NCBI GenBank assembly: GCA_043228905.1
Contig: JBHGNT010000003.1
Span: forward strand, 9,114,001 to 9,178,000
Direction of reading: 5' to 3'
Length of the DNA: 64,000 nt
From: Azolla caroliniana
Lineage: Eukaryota > Plantae > Polypodiophyta
Below, piece by piece: positions 45,001 through 59,129 of this stretch. A model generated the notes under the pieces. That model was not told the DNA's origin. It was given only the letters and a program-made list of their open reading frames with translations, and made no database searches. The position numbers were made by a program, and so were the translations under genes. How positions within the stretch are numbered: position 1 is the first letter of the stretch; the number at the start of each line of letters is the position of its first letter.

Positions 45001-48000
45001 TTTTCGGCACACATAAGATTCTATAGAGGGAAATGCCATATATACAGATGTATTAATGGTTTGTGAATCTCTTGCAAGCAAGAAAGACAAAGATGCCAAA
45101 CGCTGGATATATATCTTCACAAGATAAAACATGAATTTCAAGATCTTCAATATGGTTACAATGCAAAGTCTAAGGCAATATCATCTCCTGCCATGCAGAA
45201 TTGGAACCAGGTACACAGTGGACATATGCACAGTTGGTTTCATAAAGATCCTCCATTTAATCATGATCACTATAACCTTTGGTTTCTGTACGAGTTCCTG
45301 ATACTCACCATTTCCCAAAAAGCCTAAGGCGTATCATCCAATGCTATATGGAAGAGGAAAACCAAGTACAAAGGAAAAATGCACACTTAGGCTTAATAAA
45401 GGTCTTCTATCTACTTATGATCACACTATAGCATTCAGTTTATATCATAGATCAGTAGTAATTTGATCACAAAGATGTAGTGGAAGGCCGAGCATTAGCC
45501 GAAACTGTCTAAACTGCATAACCTCAGGACTTTATTGCAATCAATGCAGCAGCCATCAATTTCTATATTAGAAGATACTACCAAATTCATGATTAAAGTG
45601 TCACAAGACTCGAGAACATCTCTATATTGTGGACAAATCTGCTATGAGGAAACTGAAACTGCTGAAAATCATTGTTCTGCAACAATTTGAGAACTAAAAC
45701 AAGAACCTCTAAAGGAATACAGTCATAAGATAAAAGGGTACTCTTTTTCACATCAAAATGTTTAGGAACAGAGAAAAATCATTGGGTATATCTAATTCTG
45801 ATTTTGAACAGCTTGAGGATAACAATATCCCCCGCAGCATGTAAGACTGTAGTCTATGATGTGATCCAAAAAACAAGATAGAAGATAAGGGCTATTAAAA
45901 ACTAATTAGTATTATACTTTATTTGATAAATCTTATCATATCACAACAAATCATTCTGATTTTCATCAACAGAAGTTCAAACATACCTCATCTGCTCCAT
46001 TTGCTCCTAGTCGAGCATTAGGGTCTTCAATAAGAAGCCTGAAAAATAAACAAATTATTAGTAGAGATGTTCTTAAGACAAACTAAAAAGTTCTAACAAC
46101 AATCAACAAATTTAAAAAAAGTCAGCATTTGAAGAAATTAGCTCATAACTTTAGTGTTGATCTCCAGTACTTCTTGATTCCAATAACAGAAACATGTCCA
46201 GAAATAGTAATTAAAATAATTAACCCACTATTATTACCCAACATAAGACACTTGTTGACGGGAGCGAAACTTTGTTAGTCTAAGACTGAGATGCAACAAG
46301 ATCTGTTAATAGAATCTCATTCAAGATAGTTTTTGGTAAGCATTTACCATGACCTCCTGTGAGCTCAAACTTTGACTTTTGGTTTGGACAGTGTAGAGAG
46401 AGAATTGTATAATTCTTGAACATAGTGACTAATCAAGGATTTCACAGAGGAACTAACACTTGTTCATGAACAACTGTGTCTTATGGTGGCTACACAAGAT
46501 TTACTATGAGGTATTTATTCATGTAGAAATTTATTATGCAGGAAAGGTATTGTGGTTTGTTACTATTTATGCTGCCAGTGGCTTGACAGCACATTGCACT
46601 TTGGCATACCCAGACTCGAATAATTCAGTTGGGTTGATCTGGATGATAACGGGTGACTCTAATGGCAGTGCAAATTACTACCTCTGATCATTGCTTCTGG
46701 ATGCTCCAGAACACACTTGACCTTTCTGAAGTTGGAGACGTGATTGGATCCCACATAGGGAGGTAATTAGACCCCACATCTGTCTTACAAGTCACTAATT
46801 AAGAATCCAATTGGAATAAAAATTTCAGGAGCTAACAAGCATACTTCCATTGAGGAAGAAGAAGGTATGCTACATGTATTGTAAATAAACAAGTTGGAAT
46901 GGTATACATCAATATTATTGAACTAGTAGATTTTTTCGTATCTGCAAGAAACATCATTTGTCTCTAATGCTCAAATGATATTATTGCAGCAAACAGCAAT
47001 CAAATTTTGTTTTTGAACACTTGGTTTTTAATGGCTAACGCATCTTTTTTAATACATACTTTTGTATCAGATCTTTTGCATCATAAGACATATCTTCTGG
47101 AACCTGAGGCCATGGGATGTTGCGATTCAGAATATTCTCAAAGATCCTCTGGTTAAAAAGTAAAAATATAGTACCCGGATTAGACTGAATTGTGAAAAAA
47201 CATCACTGGTTTATGAATCATCAACTTTTGAGTACAAAAAGTGTACTTCGTTACCTGAGGATCCTCTGCATTGAAAGGAGGAAAACCAGTCAAAAATTCA
47301 AAAAGCATAATGCCTGTTGACCACCAGTCTGCACTACAACCTGCAAATTTCAAGAGCGCATCATTCAAAGTTCTCGCTGAACATTGCACCTCAATTACTT
47401 TACTGGTTAGAATATTCGAAGTTGTACATGTCATTTGATTGCTTAGAACGTCCAAATATCGAAGAACATTTAGATAAACTACAACTGGAGAAATCAATGT
47501 AATATTAAAACCCACAAAAAAAGTCGTTACAATGGACTGGTTAATAGATTTCACTATTCTCTGATGGAAAGCAAAAAACAAAAAAATGCATAGATATGAT
47601 CTTTGAGGCTTTAAAGATTACATTTAATGATAATAATAAGATTTCCTCAAAGATCTTCAAGTATGTAGAAGCATGACCATAATAACCAGACTGTGTTCAT
47701 CTAAATCATCAACAATTCAAAGTTTGATATGTGCAAAAACAATAGCTCAGCAAAAGTGACTAGCATGCATAACAAATAACCATCTAATCAGGGACCTCTA
47801 TACAAGCACCTCCATGAAGAATGTGTCCTTTTGAGCTTAAAAATTTTTCTTTCCACTACTGTGAGGTTCGTAGGATTACATACATTCAAATGCTAAAATT
47901 TAGAAAATTTCAAGAAGATTTTTCACTGTTCAAGGAATCAATCTTCATGTAGAAGAGGATGATGAACATCATGCAATACAATCAATTGTGGCAAGACCCA

Positions 48001-51000
48001 ATATAAAGTGAAGCACCCCACAAGTAGCTAGAACAGAATGAACAATAAGCTCATATATACTCTAAATCAAAGCAATCAAGGAAATGAGCAGAAATATATT
48101 CTTTAATATCCTCAAGTGTTGACTATTTTCTATCCTCAAGTACATATGCGGACACATAGATGTGTTGGCTGTGACAAGCCACCATCATCTACAGGGCTAC
48201 AACTATACGGTTTTGGATCATTCACTTTAGGACATATTAATCCCGATAGAAATTTTCTCAGTCAGAAAGATAGACATAGATATATTAATATCTATGTGAA
48301 ACATTATTTTACACAATGCTGCTTTTGAGCACAATTTTAAGTTGCTATGGTATCTTCAGAATAGAGGAAACATTTTATCTGCTAGAATGATAAGTAGAAT
48401 GTTATACCATGTCCTGTTCCAAGAAGAATTTCCGGTGCAAGATAGTCTGGGGTCCCTATGGCAGACTGTTTCTGTCTTTTCTCTCTTGAATTCAACTCCT
48501 CAGTGCCTTCATTTGACAAAAGGCTCCGAGTGACTGCACGATCAGAGAAGTCATGTGTGTTGTTAATAAGCCCAACCCTAGAAAGTCCAAAATCTGTAAG
48601 CTGAAAGAAAATAAAGGAAAATATGGATGTCAATGAAAATAAATGAATGGCAATTGACTAATTGAACAACATCCAAGAAAATTATCTCCTCCAACCACTC
48701 AGGCTAGTCAGCTGTTTATATCATATAAAAACTTTCATGGACATGGTGACACCCTGCACAACTCTAGCCATACAAAGTTTTTAATAATATTTCTGAAAAC
48801 CATCATACAACAATACTCAGGAGAGAACCAAAGTAAAACACATCCCACAACTTCAGAGTTGTGTATATAACAACTTGAAGGAATCAATATACACTTCGCA
48901 AACAGAAGATGTCAAAAATCTTATACTTTTGTAGACTTTTCATATTCAGGTGGCCAAATTTGCACCTTTATATGCCCATCATGAGCAATCAATAGATTGT
49001 CAGGTTTCAGGTCGCGATGTACAATGCCAAGTGAATGCAAATAATCCAAAGCTAGAACCTGGGCATAAATTTTCATAGTTGTCATATCCAAAATGCAAAA
49101 ACAAAATACTGCTTCATAAATAGATATGTAAGGATAACTTCATACAACTTCAGCGATGTAAATTCGCGATATATCTTCCTCTAAGCAGCCCACATTTCTT
49201 AGCAGCGAATAAAGATCTCCCCCGATCAAGTATTCCATCACTAAGTACAGATTCTCACTACATGTGAATGAGTAAAAAAATCGGACCTACAAAACAGTTA
49301 CTGCCCAATGAATATTTAAAAATGCATAGATGTCGTCTCTTTAACAGTGAAAATTTGCAACATTACTTTAATATACAATCAAGCATACACACTTTTCTTA
49401 TAAAACTCTTAAGGACTAGATATCATGTGTGGGTCCCCAAGCAGGAAGAACGCACCTCATGCACATGACTGTGATCGTAAGCAAGTGAACGATAGACGGA
49501 AATAAGATGCCAAATTCACTCACCACAAAGGGATTACATGTTGAAATCAAAATATCTCTTTCTGCCAAAATACTTTCAACCGCATTTTTCCTTATCATAT
49601 CTGCCTTTCGAAGCACCTAAAAGAACACACAACATAATACCATAACCACACTGAACAGATGAAGCAGAAGAAATAGAATTAGAAAGAAAGCGGTTCACCT
49701 TGATGGCAAAAGTATCCCCTGTTGCTTTTTTCCTTGCTAAGAATACTCTTCCAAAAGCGCCTCTACTTATAGGCTTTATAATTTCAAAATCCTCTATGCC
49801 AGTCCTATCCTTATAGGGCAAATATGATTGCATTGGCCTAAAGCTGCGACAACTACTTTCCTGTGAGTGGGCATTTTCTCTCATGTACCTGGGAAACTTC
49901 ATAACCTTTAAAAGTCCCTCGATCTCTGAATATTTTCTCCTGTGAGAAAGAAAGAAAGAAAGTGGCCTATGAGACAAATTAGCTGGATTGTTTCAAAGAC
50001 AATCAATAAAAAACAAAATCAGAGACAATGCCATTATAATATTCCTTATAACCTTCGTAGCTTCTCAATTCGCTTGCCAAAAGTGTGAACTGTCAAAGCG
50101 TTAGACTTATTGTTCTGAATCCGATGTTGCAGGTCTTCTGCTACAGAATCTAAATACTCCAAGACACCATCTTCAGAAGCATTGGTGCCTGCAATGGCCC
50201 GTGCAATATCTGCAAGCTCACTGATCTGCATAAAGGTTTGCAAATTGACATTAGATACTGTAGTTAAATTCTATGGGTTTCATTTCATTTTTTGTCATGC
50301 ATGCATTTGATAATGATTTTTACTGACCAGCATTACACATAAATACTTCTCTTTCAAGAAATATATTTCTCGCTCTCTTTTTGCTAAAGGGTATCATGTT
50401 ATATTATGCACATCTCTTAGTGTTTGGCACATTTAATGACAACATATTCAGATATAGAATATTATTTGGTCTCTTATGCCAGTTTTATCTCTTAGGAGAC
50501 ATCGATATATCTTTCTTTCTTTCTTTCTACAGTAATAGAAATCTTCTTTTTTTCATTTTTTGTTTTTCTATTTTAAAACAATGCTACCCTTCTCCCCTTT
50601 GATAATGTTGATTGATTCATTATGTATTCTCCCATATTGTTAACATACATATTTGAACCAAAACCTACACCCATGTGAATCCAATAAAATATCGGGCAAA
50701 ATAAAACAAAATTAAAGTGTACCTAAACTAGGGACCTAGCGAACCCTATGTAACTGCAAGGATGTGGTGTAGAATGCAATGGTAAAGGGACTGTGAATAG
50801 AAGACATGCCATAATACTCCAAACATCTTGGATCATAGAAATCCATGATATCAAAGGGGCCTAGGGCAGCACGCTCCCCCAGACAAGGTGCCTGTAAAGA
50901 GATCGAACTTAAGATGGGAGTTCTTGCACACTTAAAGAAACCCATGATATCAAAGTGGCCTAGGGCAGAAGAGATTAAGTAAATGTGTGTATGTTATGTG

Positions 51001-54000
51001 TGTGAGAGATAAGGAGCAAAATAGAGTCAGATAGAGAGAGATACTCATGTACCAAAGAAATATAGGTCACATTGGCCTTTTTATGATATTAATACAACAT
51101 TTTATTTCTAATATAATTTCATTAGATGGAAGTGATGACCTGCAAGTGATCTTCATTTTCTCCAAGGATACCCCATTCCTCCAAATTTATGTCGGAAAAA
51201 TTGTTATTAGACAATGGTGATTTGGGTGTAATGCTGCCAGCTGAGGATGATAAATGACTTTGCTGCGATTTTGATCCAAGAAGACTCTTCAAACTAGAAA
51301 TGTCACTTAGGTCAACTTCAAGCTCTTTGTAATCATGCAGCAAATCATCATCTTTCTGAGAGTAAGTATTAAATCTTGTTAATGAACTTTGATAAACATC
51401 GTTATTGAAAGCACAAGAGTTGTACACATCTGGGCTCCCATCCAGCGTCGCATGTGAACTATTTGGAGTACCTGAGTCCAGTATTCTGTCCAAAATTTCT
51501 GCAAGTTTACAAAGGCGATCGTCAACACTGATGTCCTTTACATCACATCGAACTGCAAGAGCACATATACGAGAATGCTCTTCTAATCGACATGTTGGAA
51601 CCTTGTCCTCACAGATTCTACAAATAACAAGCTGAACTTCATTAGAATTTCTCTCTTTTTCTACAATATGTGGTGGTGAAACGCTTTCTCTTATAGACAT
51701 TAATCCATCATTCTTTCTTTTTGCTGCATTCTGTTTGTGATTCAGGTCCATAAACTCTATTGTCTCATTATTAACATTTTTCGTCGAAGGTTCATTTACA
51801 ATGTTAGAAATGTGTAAGGGCTTCACCCTTGAGAATAGCTCAATACTTTCTGTTACTACAGATTCAAATGAACCTGATTCTTTTCTAGAATATTCCACAA
51901 AGTGATCTCCCACTCCCTTCTCTGTTTTTGGACTTCTTGACGCAATAACATGTTCTTGACTGTAATATCTCTTTGTTGAAGGTTTTATCTGAGTAGCTAA
52001 AACCTCTCTGCTATCAAGTAATCCACTCCTGAAATCCCTAACCCTTAGGCCATCCTTGGCATTGCTACTTTCTTTCTGATATTGTAACAATCTTGTACAT
52101 CTAGTTAAAATAAAAAGCATGCGTGCATATAGATGTTTTAGCCTCCCTGCAGGTAATGCTTGGCGTTCCTCCTCTAGCTTTTGAACAATTCCTTCACACT
52201 GTTGTCTGAAATCCTCAACAGACATGATAGAGCACTGTTGGGCCAAAACTAGGAGATCTTCTTGCTTCGATTTCAATTCTATATCTTCAATCTCCATAAC
52301 ATCAAGAAGGTCTGCGGCAAACAAACGAAGTTCTGAATCAACATCCTGCTTTGCATTGTAGAATTTTTCTTGCAATACATTGACAATAACCTGCAAAACG
52401 TTAGGAAGAACAGAGAATATGAACAATGAAGCTTCTCTTTGCACTTTCATCTAAGCAACAAAACAAACGGGATCAATTATCTTCATAACAACTAGTTCTC
52501 GATATCTCTTTCCAAAACTGTAAAAGATGCCACTGAGGTGGACCGAATTAAAAGGTCTTGCTAAGCATGCCAATTCTAATCATTGGATCTTCACCATTTC
52601 TAAAATCTAACCAAGTAAATTGAGAGCGTAACCAATTAGCAATATGCCAACAGTGCATTTGATATATTATATGCAAGCATACAACAAATGAACGTAAACA
52701 AACTCTTGAATGATCAACTAACCCTGAGACTTGTTCCCTGGGATATTGTTAACCCAAGCACTCAGTACAACTTCCACATATACATGTTCCTCTTTAAGTG
52801 GGTGATATCAAGACCCAGTATGAAGTAGAGCAACATTTGGAAACATGAAAATAGACCACACCTAGCTTTAGGTTAGCAAATGCATCCCTGGTATAATGTG
52901 TGATTCTATGTACGTAAATATGAAGAAAGTAGGCATACCCCTGAGCTCTTGGTATTTTGCAGTCGCCAAAATGGATGAGATGCAAATCCAGCGTCGCTAA
53001 GATCATGTGAGAAACTTGTAATACCAATAGGATTCTTCTTCTTAGGAGAACCATGTGTCAAACGTAGCAAAGCTCTGTAGCGTGGTGAATCTATCTCCTT
53101 GCTTTCATATGATTTTGATGTCTGCTTTTAATTAAATCCATGAGATTTTCAGCACAGCAAGGAAAGGGTCAATAAAATATTGCAAATTTAATACACACCT
53201 CATGGAAAACAGATTGTAAAGAGTTTCCTGAAGTTAATGGCATACTGACATCCTCAACATCATAGGCTGCACAAAAATAGAAAGGTTGATATCATAAATA
53301 AGAGTTCAAAGAGAATGAAAAGATAAATGTGAATATTCGTCCATATCACGTACAAATAATCACCTTGCATGGAAATTGAATTTATAGAATCTGCTTCTGG
53401 TGTACTAGCTGCACTACTTTGCGCACTGAACATTTTGCATGGGCTACCTGAATCACTCTGTACATTTACTGCGTGTGATTTCTTACCAGGTAAGGTTAAT
53501 AACCATTTCGAACCATCAACAGTTTGAATGCTCAAATTTTCCAGTTTATTGAATGAATCGAGACAAGGAGAGAGATTGCTGCTTTTGGTGTCTCGGGGTT
53601 TGATGGGAATGTGTTCTGTTTGAGTGTGAGGATTCTGATGACTTTCACATGTGTCATATGCACTATCGACCTTGTGAACAGTAGGAAAGTCACATAAGGT
53701 CTTCATAAGAGGTAGTTTGTGGGTTTCAGCAGGGCAAGGACTGGGCTGAGAAGAAGAATTTTTCTCACATCGATCATCTCTTGAGCTGTTCACATCTGAA
53801 TAGGAAGTTTGCATAATGTTCATGGTGGAACTATTCTCTCCATAGCTAAGCTTTGCAGATGAGCCAAGATCACTTGAGTGGACTCGATCCCCATCAAAAA
53901 GATGTTTCCCCTCCTCGTCTGCATAGTGATTTCCTGCCTTTCGATGGTTCAAACAGTAATGGAAGCGTCCAATGACTGGAAGGCGATAAAGCTTCTTCAA

Positions 54001-55296
54001 ATCCTTGGGGAAGGCAGAATCACTATCAGTAGAAAACTTCTTCTCCTCTTGCTCCTCTTCATTTCCTGACATCTTCTTCTTTGGAAGGAGCTCCTGTTTT
54101 GAATGGAGCTTAAAACTATCACCATCCACACAACCACCAGGAACCCGATTGGGATGTAGGTTCTTCTCTTCCTCATTTCCTGGCAATCTCTGCTTTGAAA
54201 GGATCTTTGAATAGCCATCACCACCAAGAAGACCCGAATCCCCATTGGGATAAAAATTCGTCTCTTCTTCATTTCCCAGTATTCCCTGCTTGAAATAGAC
54301 ATCATCGGAAGGAAGACCAGAATCCTTACCAGGATAGAGATTCCTCTCTTCTTCATTTCCCAACATCCGACTGGGAAAAAGATTTCTTTTTTCCTCATTT
54401 ACCAACATTCTCTGCTTGAAAATGCCATCACCAACAGGAAGACCAGAATCCCTATTGGGATAAAGATTGTTTTTTACTTCATTTCCCAGAACTCTCTGCT
54501 TCCAACAGATTTTGGAGTGGACATCACCAGCCAGAGGGTCAGCATCTAGATCCTTGTCCTCTTCATTTGCAGAAATTTTCTGCTTCAATTGGAGCTTCAG
54601 AAGACCATCTTCACATAGGGATGCAGAATCACAATAAGACGAAAGAGTCTTCTTTTCCTCTTCATTTCCATGTATTCTTTGCTTTAAACATGCCTTGACA
54701 CGTTTTTCCTCAGGAATGCTAGAATCTCGATCAGGAAAAAGCTTCTCATAGGGATAAGATTTCATGGCAGTATTATGAAATTTCACGTCGGGAGAGAGTT
54801 TCTTCTCTTTCCCTTCGTTTGCAGACACTTTGTTCTTTGAACGGAGCTTGAGATGTTCATCATCAGGGACAAACCCAGAATCTGGATCAGAAGAATGCTT
54901 GTTCTTATTCTTCTTTTCCTTTTCCTTCCCATAAATTCCCTGCTTCAAACATTCACAATTGATAGAATCTTGATCATATGAAATCTTGTTAAATTCCTGT
55001 TCATTTCCACTTGTTCTCTGCTTGAAACACCGATGATCTAAAGAATTTACATGCGATTTCTGTTTTAAATGTCCATCACCCTTGATAGAGTCTTGATCGG
55101 AATAAAACATTTGCTTCTGCTTTTCATCTTCATTTCTCTGCTTGAAGGAAACACCATCGCCATCATCATGACTAATGTCTTTCTTCGGCTGCTTCTTCTG
55201 CAATCTCGCTCTTTCTCCTCCTCCTCCTCCTCCTCCTCCTCCTCCTCCTCCTTTGTTCGTCAGTAATCCAACAGCAACTATGCCGAAAGGTCCCAT
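42016..55296 (-). CDS. IREH1: IRE/IREH1-family AGC Ser/Thr kinase (MAST/Greatwall/Rim15-related), 17 exons, ~1652 aa
   Basis: All introns are GT-AG and phase-consistent. Exons: 55296-53364, 53266-53199, 53121-52939, 52390-51140, 50225-50053, 49939-49699, 49616-49524, 49286-49146, 49058-48966, 48600-48408, 47340-47255, 47148-47060, 46038-45987, 44716-44660, 42871-42716, 42451-42374, 42087-42016. Motifs: SPRYRALL…[24 protein letters not shown]…[55 protein letters not shown]. The start codon and the exact paralogue are uncertain. Confidence 0.9.
43576..44228 (+). mobile_element. Short 3' fragment of the same RTE LINE, antisense within a kinase intron
   Basis: ORF 43602-44261 matches 38477-39060; tail ttctacttctaattctaattct; AATTCTT on both sides. 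Confidence 0.9.
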
Positions 55297-55499
55297 GGGA
55301 AGACAAAGAAAGAAGGGAATAAATGGAGGGAAAGAGAGAAACCCTCAGCATAAAAGCATATTGTGGAGAGCCAGGATTCTTCGTTCTTCATTCTTCATCC
55401 TTCCTTTTCTCCTATTTTGATTCTGTTTCTTTTCATTCTGCTGCCTTCTTCTTATGTTGCTGCTACCTTATTATTCTCTCCTCTTCTAACATTTGGCTC

Positions 55500-56327
55500 T
55501 GCCATCAAAATCATCATCATCATCTTCTTCTTCTTCTTCTTCTTCTTCTTCTTCTTCTTCGTTGTTCATATAAGCCGGTCCACCTGTGTCCCAGGCATGC
55601 CTTCCTACATCGCAGGATCCTTCTTCTTCAAGCACACCTCTTCTGGCGATTGGTGATTGGTGTGATTGGTGATTGGTGATTGGTGATTGGTGATTGGCGA
55701 TGGTGATTCTTCAAGCGCGGCTCTTCTGATGATTGGTGATTGGTGATGGCAATGGCAATGGCGATGGCGATGGCGATTCTTCGAAGCTCTTCCTCTTCTC
55801 TTCCTCTCCCTCTGTATCTTCTTCTTCCTCCTCTGTTCCTTCTTCTTCTTCTTCTTCTTCTTCTTCTTCTTCTTCTTCTTCTTCTTCTCCTTCTTCCTCT
55901 GTTCCTTCTTCTTCTATCCCTTATTCTTCTTCTTCTTCTTCTTCTTCTTCTTCTTCTTCTCCTTCTTCCTCTGTTTCAAAATTCTTCCTTCCTTTAATCC
56001 CCTGTTTTTCACTGTCTTCCTTCTTCTTTCAAATAAATATGTACATCATACATTTCTTTTTTTTAAAGTCCATCCTTTACCCTGTTTCTTCTTCTTCTTC
56101 TTCATTCATTCACATATATATATATTTATGTATGTATATAATATATGTATGTATGTATATATATATATAATATATTTATGTATTTATGTATTTATGTATT
56201 TATGTATTTATGTATTTATGTATGTATGTATGTATGTATGTATTTTAAGAAAAATCCATCCCTTGTTTCTCTCTTCTTACATTTCTCCTCCTACTTTTCC
56301 TATATATTGTCCTTCCTCTGGTTTTGT

Positions 56328-56362
<35 letters not shown>
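55500..56362. repeat. Microsatellite cluster upstream of the kinase ORF
   Basis: (CTT)n, (GATTGGT)n, (TATTTATG)n, (TATG)n, (GT)n and (GA)n tracts are directly visible. Confidence 0.85.
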
Positions 56363-59129
56363 CCAACAAAAACAAGACTTTGTTTGCCCGATGATGGCTT
56401 GACCAACCAACAACTCAAACCCATAGCCATCAACCTTCGCTTCTTGTCCGCTATCTCATCAAAACCAACCAACCAACCATTTGTCTGTCTGTCCAAATGT
56501 ACAAATGGGCTCCTCTTTCCTTCTTTCCATGTTCTTGTGTTTCATAGAGATTTGCAACCCGCCCACCACCCATGTTTCTATACCCGTTGCCCTTTCTCAC
56601 CTTCTTATTGGGAGGTGGAGGGAGCAGGGAGTAGGGGGGGGATATATACCAACTTTGTGATCCATATATCCCATGAGTAATATCTCATTGTCAAACATGG
56701 ATTTCCGATGCCTCTTGTTCACATCACTCTAGCCAATTGAGAACATTGACGTGGGTCCTATGTTTGTGTTACAACTTACAACTACTACGACTAACTACTA
56801 CTATATTTGTGTGCATCATCCTCTTTTGTATAATGGCATACTACTACTACTACTACTATTGTTGTTGCTAATAACTACTAATTACTACTATATTTGTGTG
56901 TATCGTATGTATCGTATAATGTTTCGTCTTTTGACAAAAAAGGGAGATGAGAAAAAGGCATCCATTTGTTTGAGTTGTACGTTTCTTCGTAGTGGCATCT
57001 GATAAGAATCTAAACCCGGTCTTGAGGGATAACCAATCAATTCTAAAAACGCAACTTATCATTAAGATACGGCCGTGATACAAAAATGTATGTGTATCAA
57101 TAAGATGTGTCTATGTGTGCGCGCGCACTTGTGCCACTGACAGAAATTGTTAAATATCATGGGCAAGAACATAGTGCATCGCACTTAATTGGTCAAAATC
57201 AATCACACTTGCCTTGACATCGACTTTATTTTTCTATTAATGGAAATTGGTGACTTTTGCTTTTCATGAGTTTAGTTGGTGCAACTTTCGGTAACTTTCA
57301 CAAATAATGAATCCTTCCAGGTACGACACGAAAATAATTCCCCCCTCCCTCCTTGAGGTTTCAAACTTTGTGCTTTTGTAGCATTAACTTAAATTACGAA
57401 AAGTGGGAAACCTCTATATGAAATGGAAGGTCCTAATTTTGAATGATATTTTCTACATTATACGCTTACTGTGCACGCACTCGAAAAATATGAGTGGAAT
57501 GGCATGTAACCTTGAACAATCTAAGAGCATCGTACAAGTGGTTGCTTTAAAACATGAACTCGTTAAGAATGTTTTGATTGAATTCTATATGTTTAATTCA
57601 TTTATTGCTTTGAGATCGACTTCAATTATTATGTATATACTTTTGATATGTCTTTTTAGTGTATGTAGAAGATAATATATGTCAATGAAGAAGTGCACTA
57701 AGTGATATTACACCAACAAACTAATGGAGTAAGATTTTGAATAAACAACTTCCAACGATAAGTGTTGCAAGGATTACTATATTGAATTCAATTGCCTTCA
57801 TGTGTATTCTAGTTTCATTTTGGATACTATAAATCAAATTATTCTGTTCTACACAAGTTCAAAAAGGTGAGTTGATCTCCATATTCTAATGGCTTGCTTA
57901 TTTGCCATGCATAGAATGTTAAATATATTACCTTTCTCGTGTTAAAAAAGAGGAAGGAAACATTTGATTTCAATTTAAGTTGTCAATGAATAATCCCATT
58001 GTGCGTGGAACAATCTTATGACTATGTTGGCATGTTTCTACGACGTGATATGTGAGCAACTCTCTTGCACAATGTTTTTTAGATCTATTTTATGTCATTG
58101 ACAAACCATGTACATCTAGATGGGATTTCAATTTTTTATGTTTATAACACTAGGCTAGAGCCTAGAACTATACGTACATGAAAGTAAGCACTATAGGTAG
58201 CCTCTTTAGCGGACGGCACGACCAGTACATTTGTTGTGAGTTGTGCAGCCACATCGTATAGCCTTTTTTGTAAAAAACTCTCCTAACTAATGGGAAAGCA
58301 ACGTCTTTTTTGGGAAAGAAAAAGGAAAAAAAGAACTATACATGAACTTCTTACAAGTTAATGAAAGCAAATGCTAGAATAGCAAGGAATTTTTACATTT
58401 GTTATGCCTTTAAGGAATGTATATTATGCATTTCTTGAAATGCCACAATATTTACTAAAATATTACATAATTGAATCAAAATCTTACGAACAATTATTTA
58501 GACTCAATGAATAAACATATGTCCTAAAAGCATAATTGACATCAACAACTACAAACATTGTCAACCAAAATACAATACTAATGGGAACATTCAAATGGTC
58601 TACAAACACCAAAGTCTCACCCAAACAAAGAAGATTTGTTTTTGGTGCAAATCAACTTAAGGATATATGATGAAATACAACCAAAAACTCCCTATTCACC
58701 TTGAAATACCCAAGTGTAGCTTCAGGTCCTCAATGATAATGTCAATGCCATGGAAAATCCTTACTTTGTCTCATTCTTGGGCATTTATCAAATGATATTT
58801 ATAATATACAAAAAACAAAGGATATTTTTTTAATAAATCCCATTTGTTGTTAAAACATTCTTCTTCCAAGGATCTACAAAAATCATATTAGTCAAACATT
58901 TCACACCATATGTCGCATTTTAGACTTTATTTGTGTGACACCTACTTGTTGGGAAAATATAAATGTGGTTTTCTAAAATTGAATGTGCAAGTTCGAGTCA
59001 AACCTCTCATATCTTATACAAAATATGCTTAACTACATATCGCGGAAATGTGGAGATATGGTTTTCTAAAATGATGCACACATGGGTATAGTCAAGCCTT
59101 ATTACACTCTTAACATTGCGCAAGAGAAT

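Noticed and set aside
55323-56680. ORFs with poly-Ser, poly-Leu and poly-Phe runs upstream of the kinase
   Set aside because: Microsatellite translations with no splice-consistent link to exon 1.
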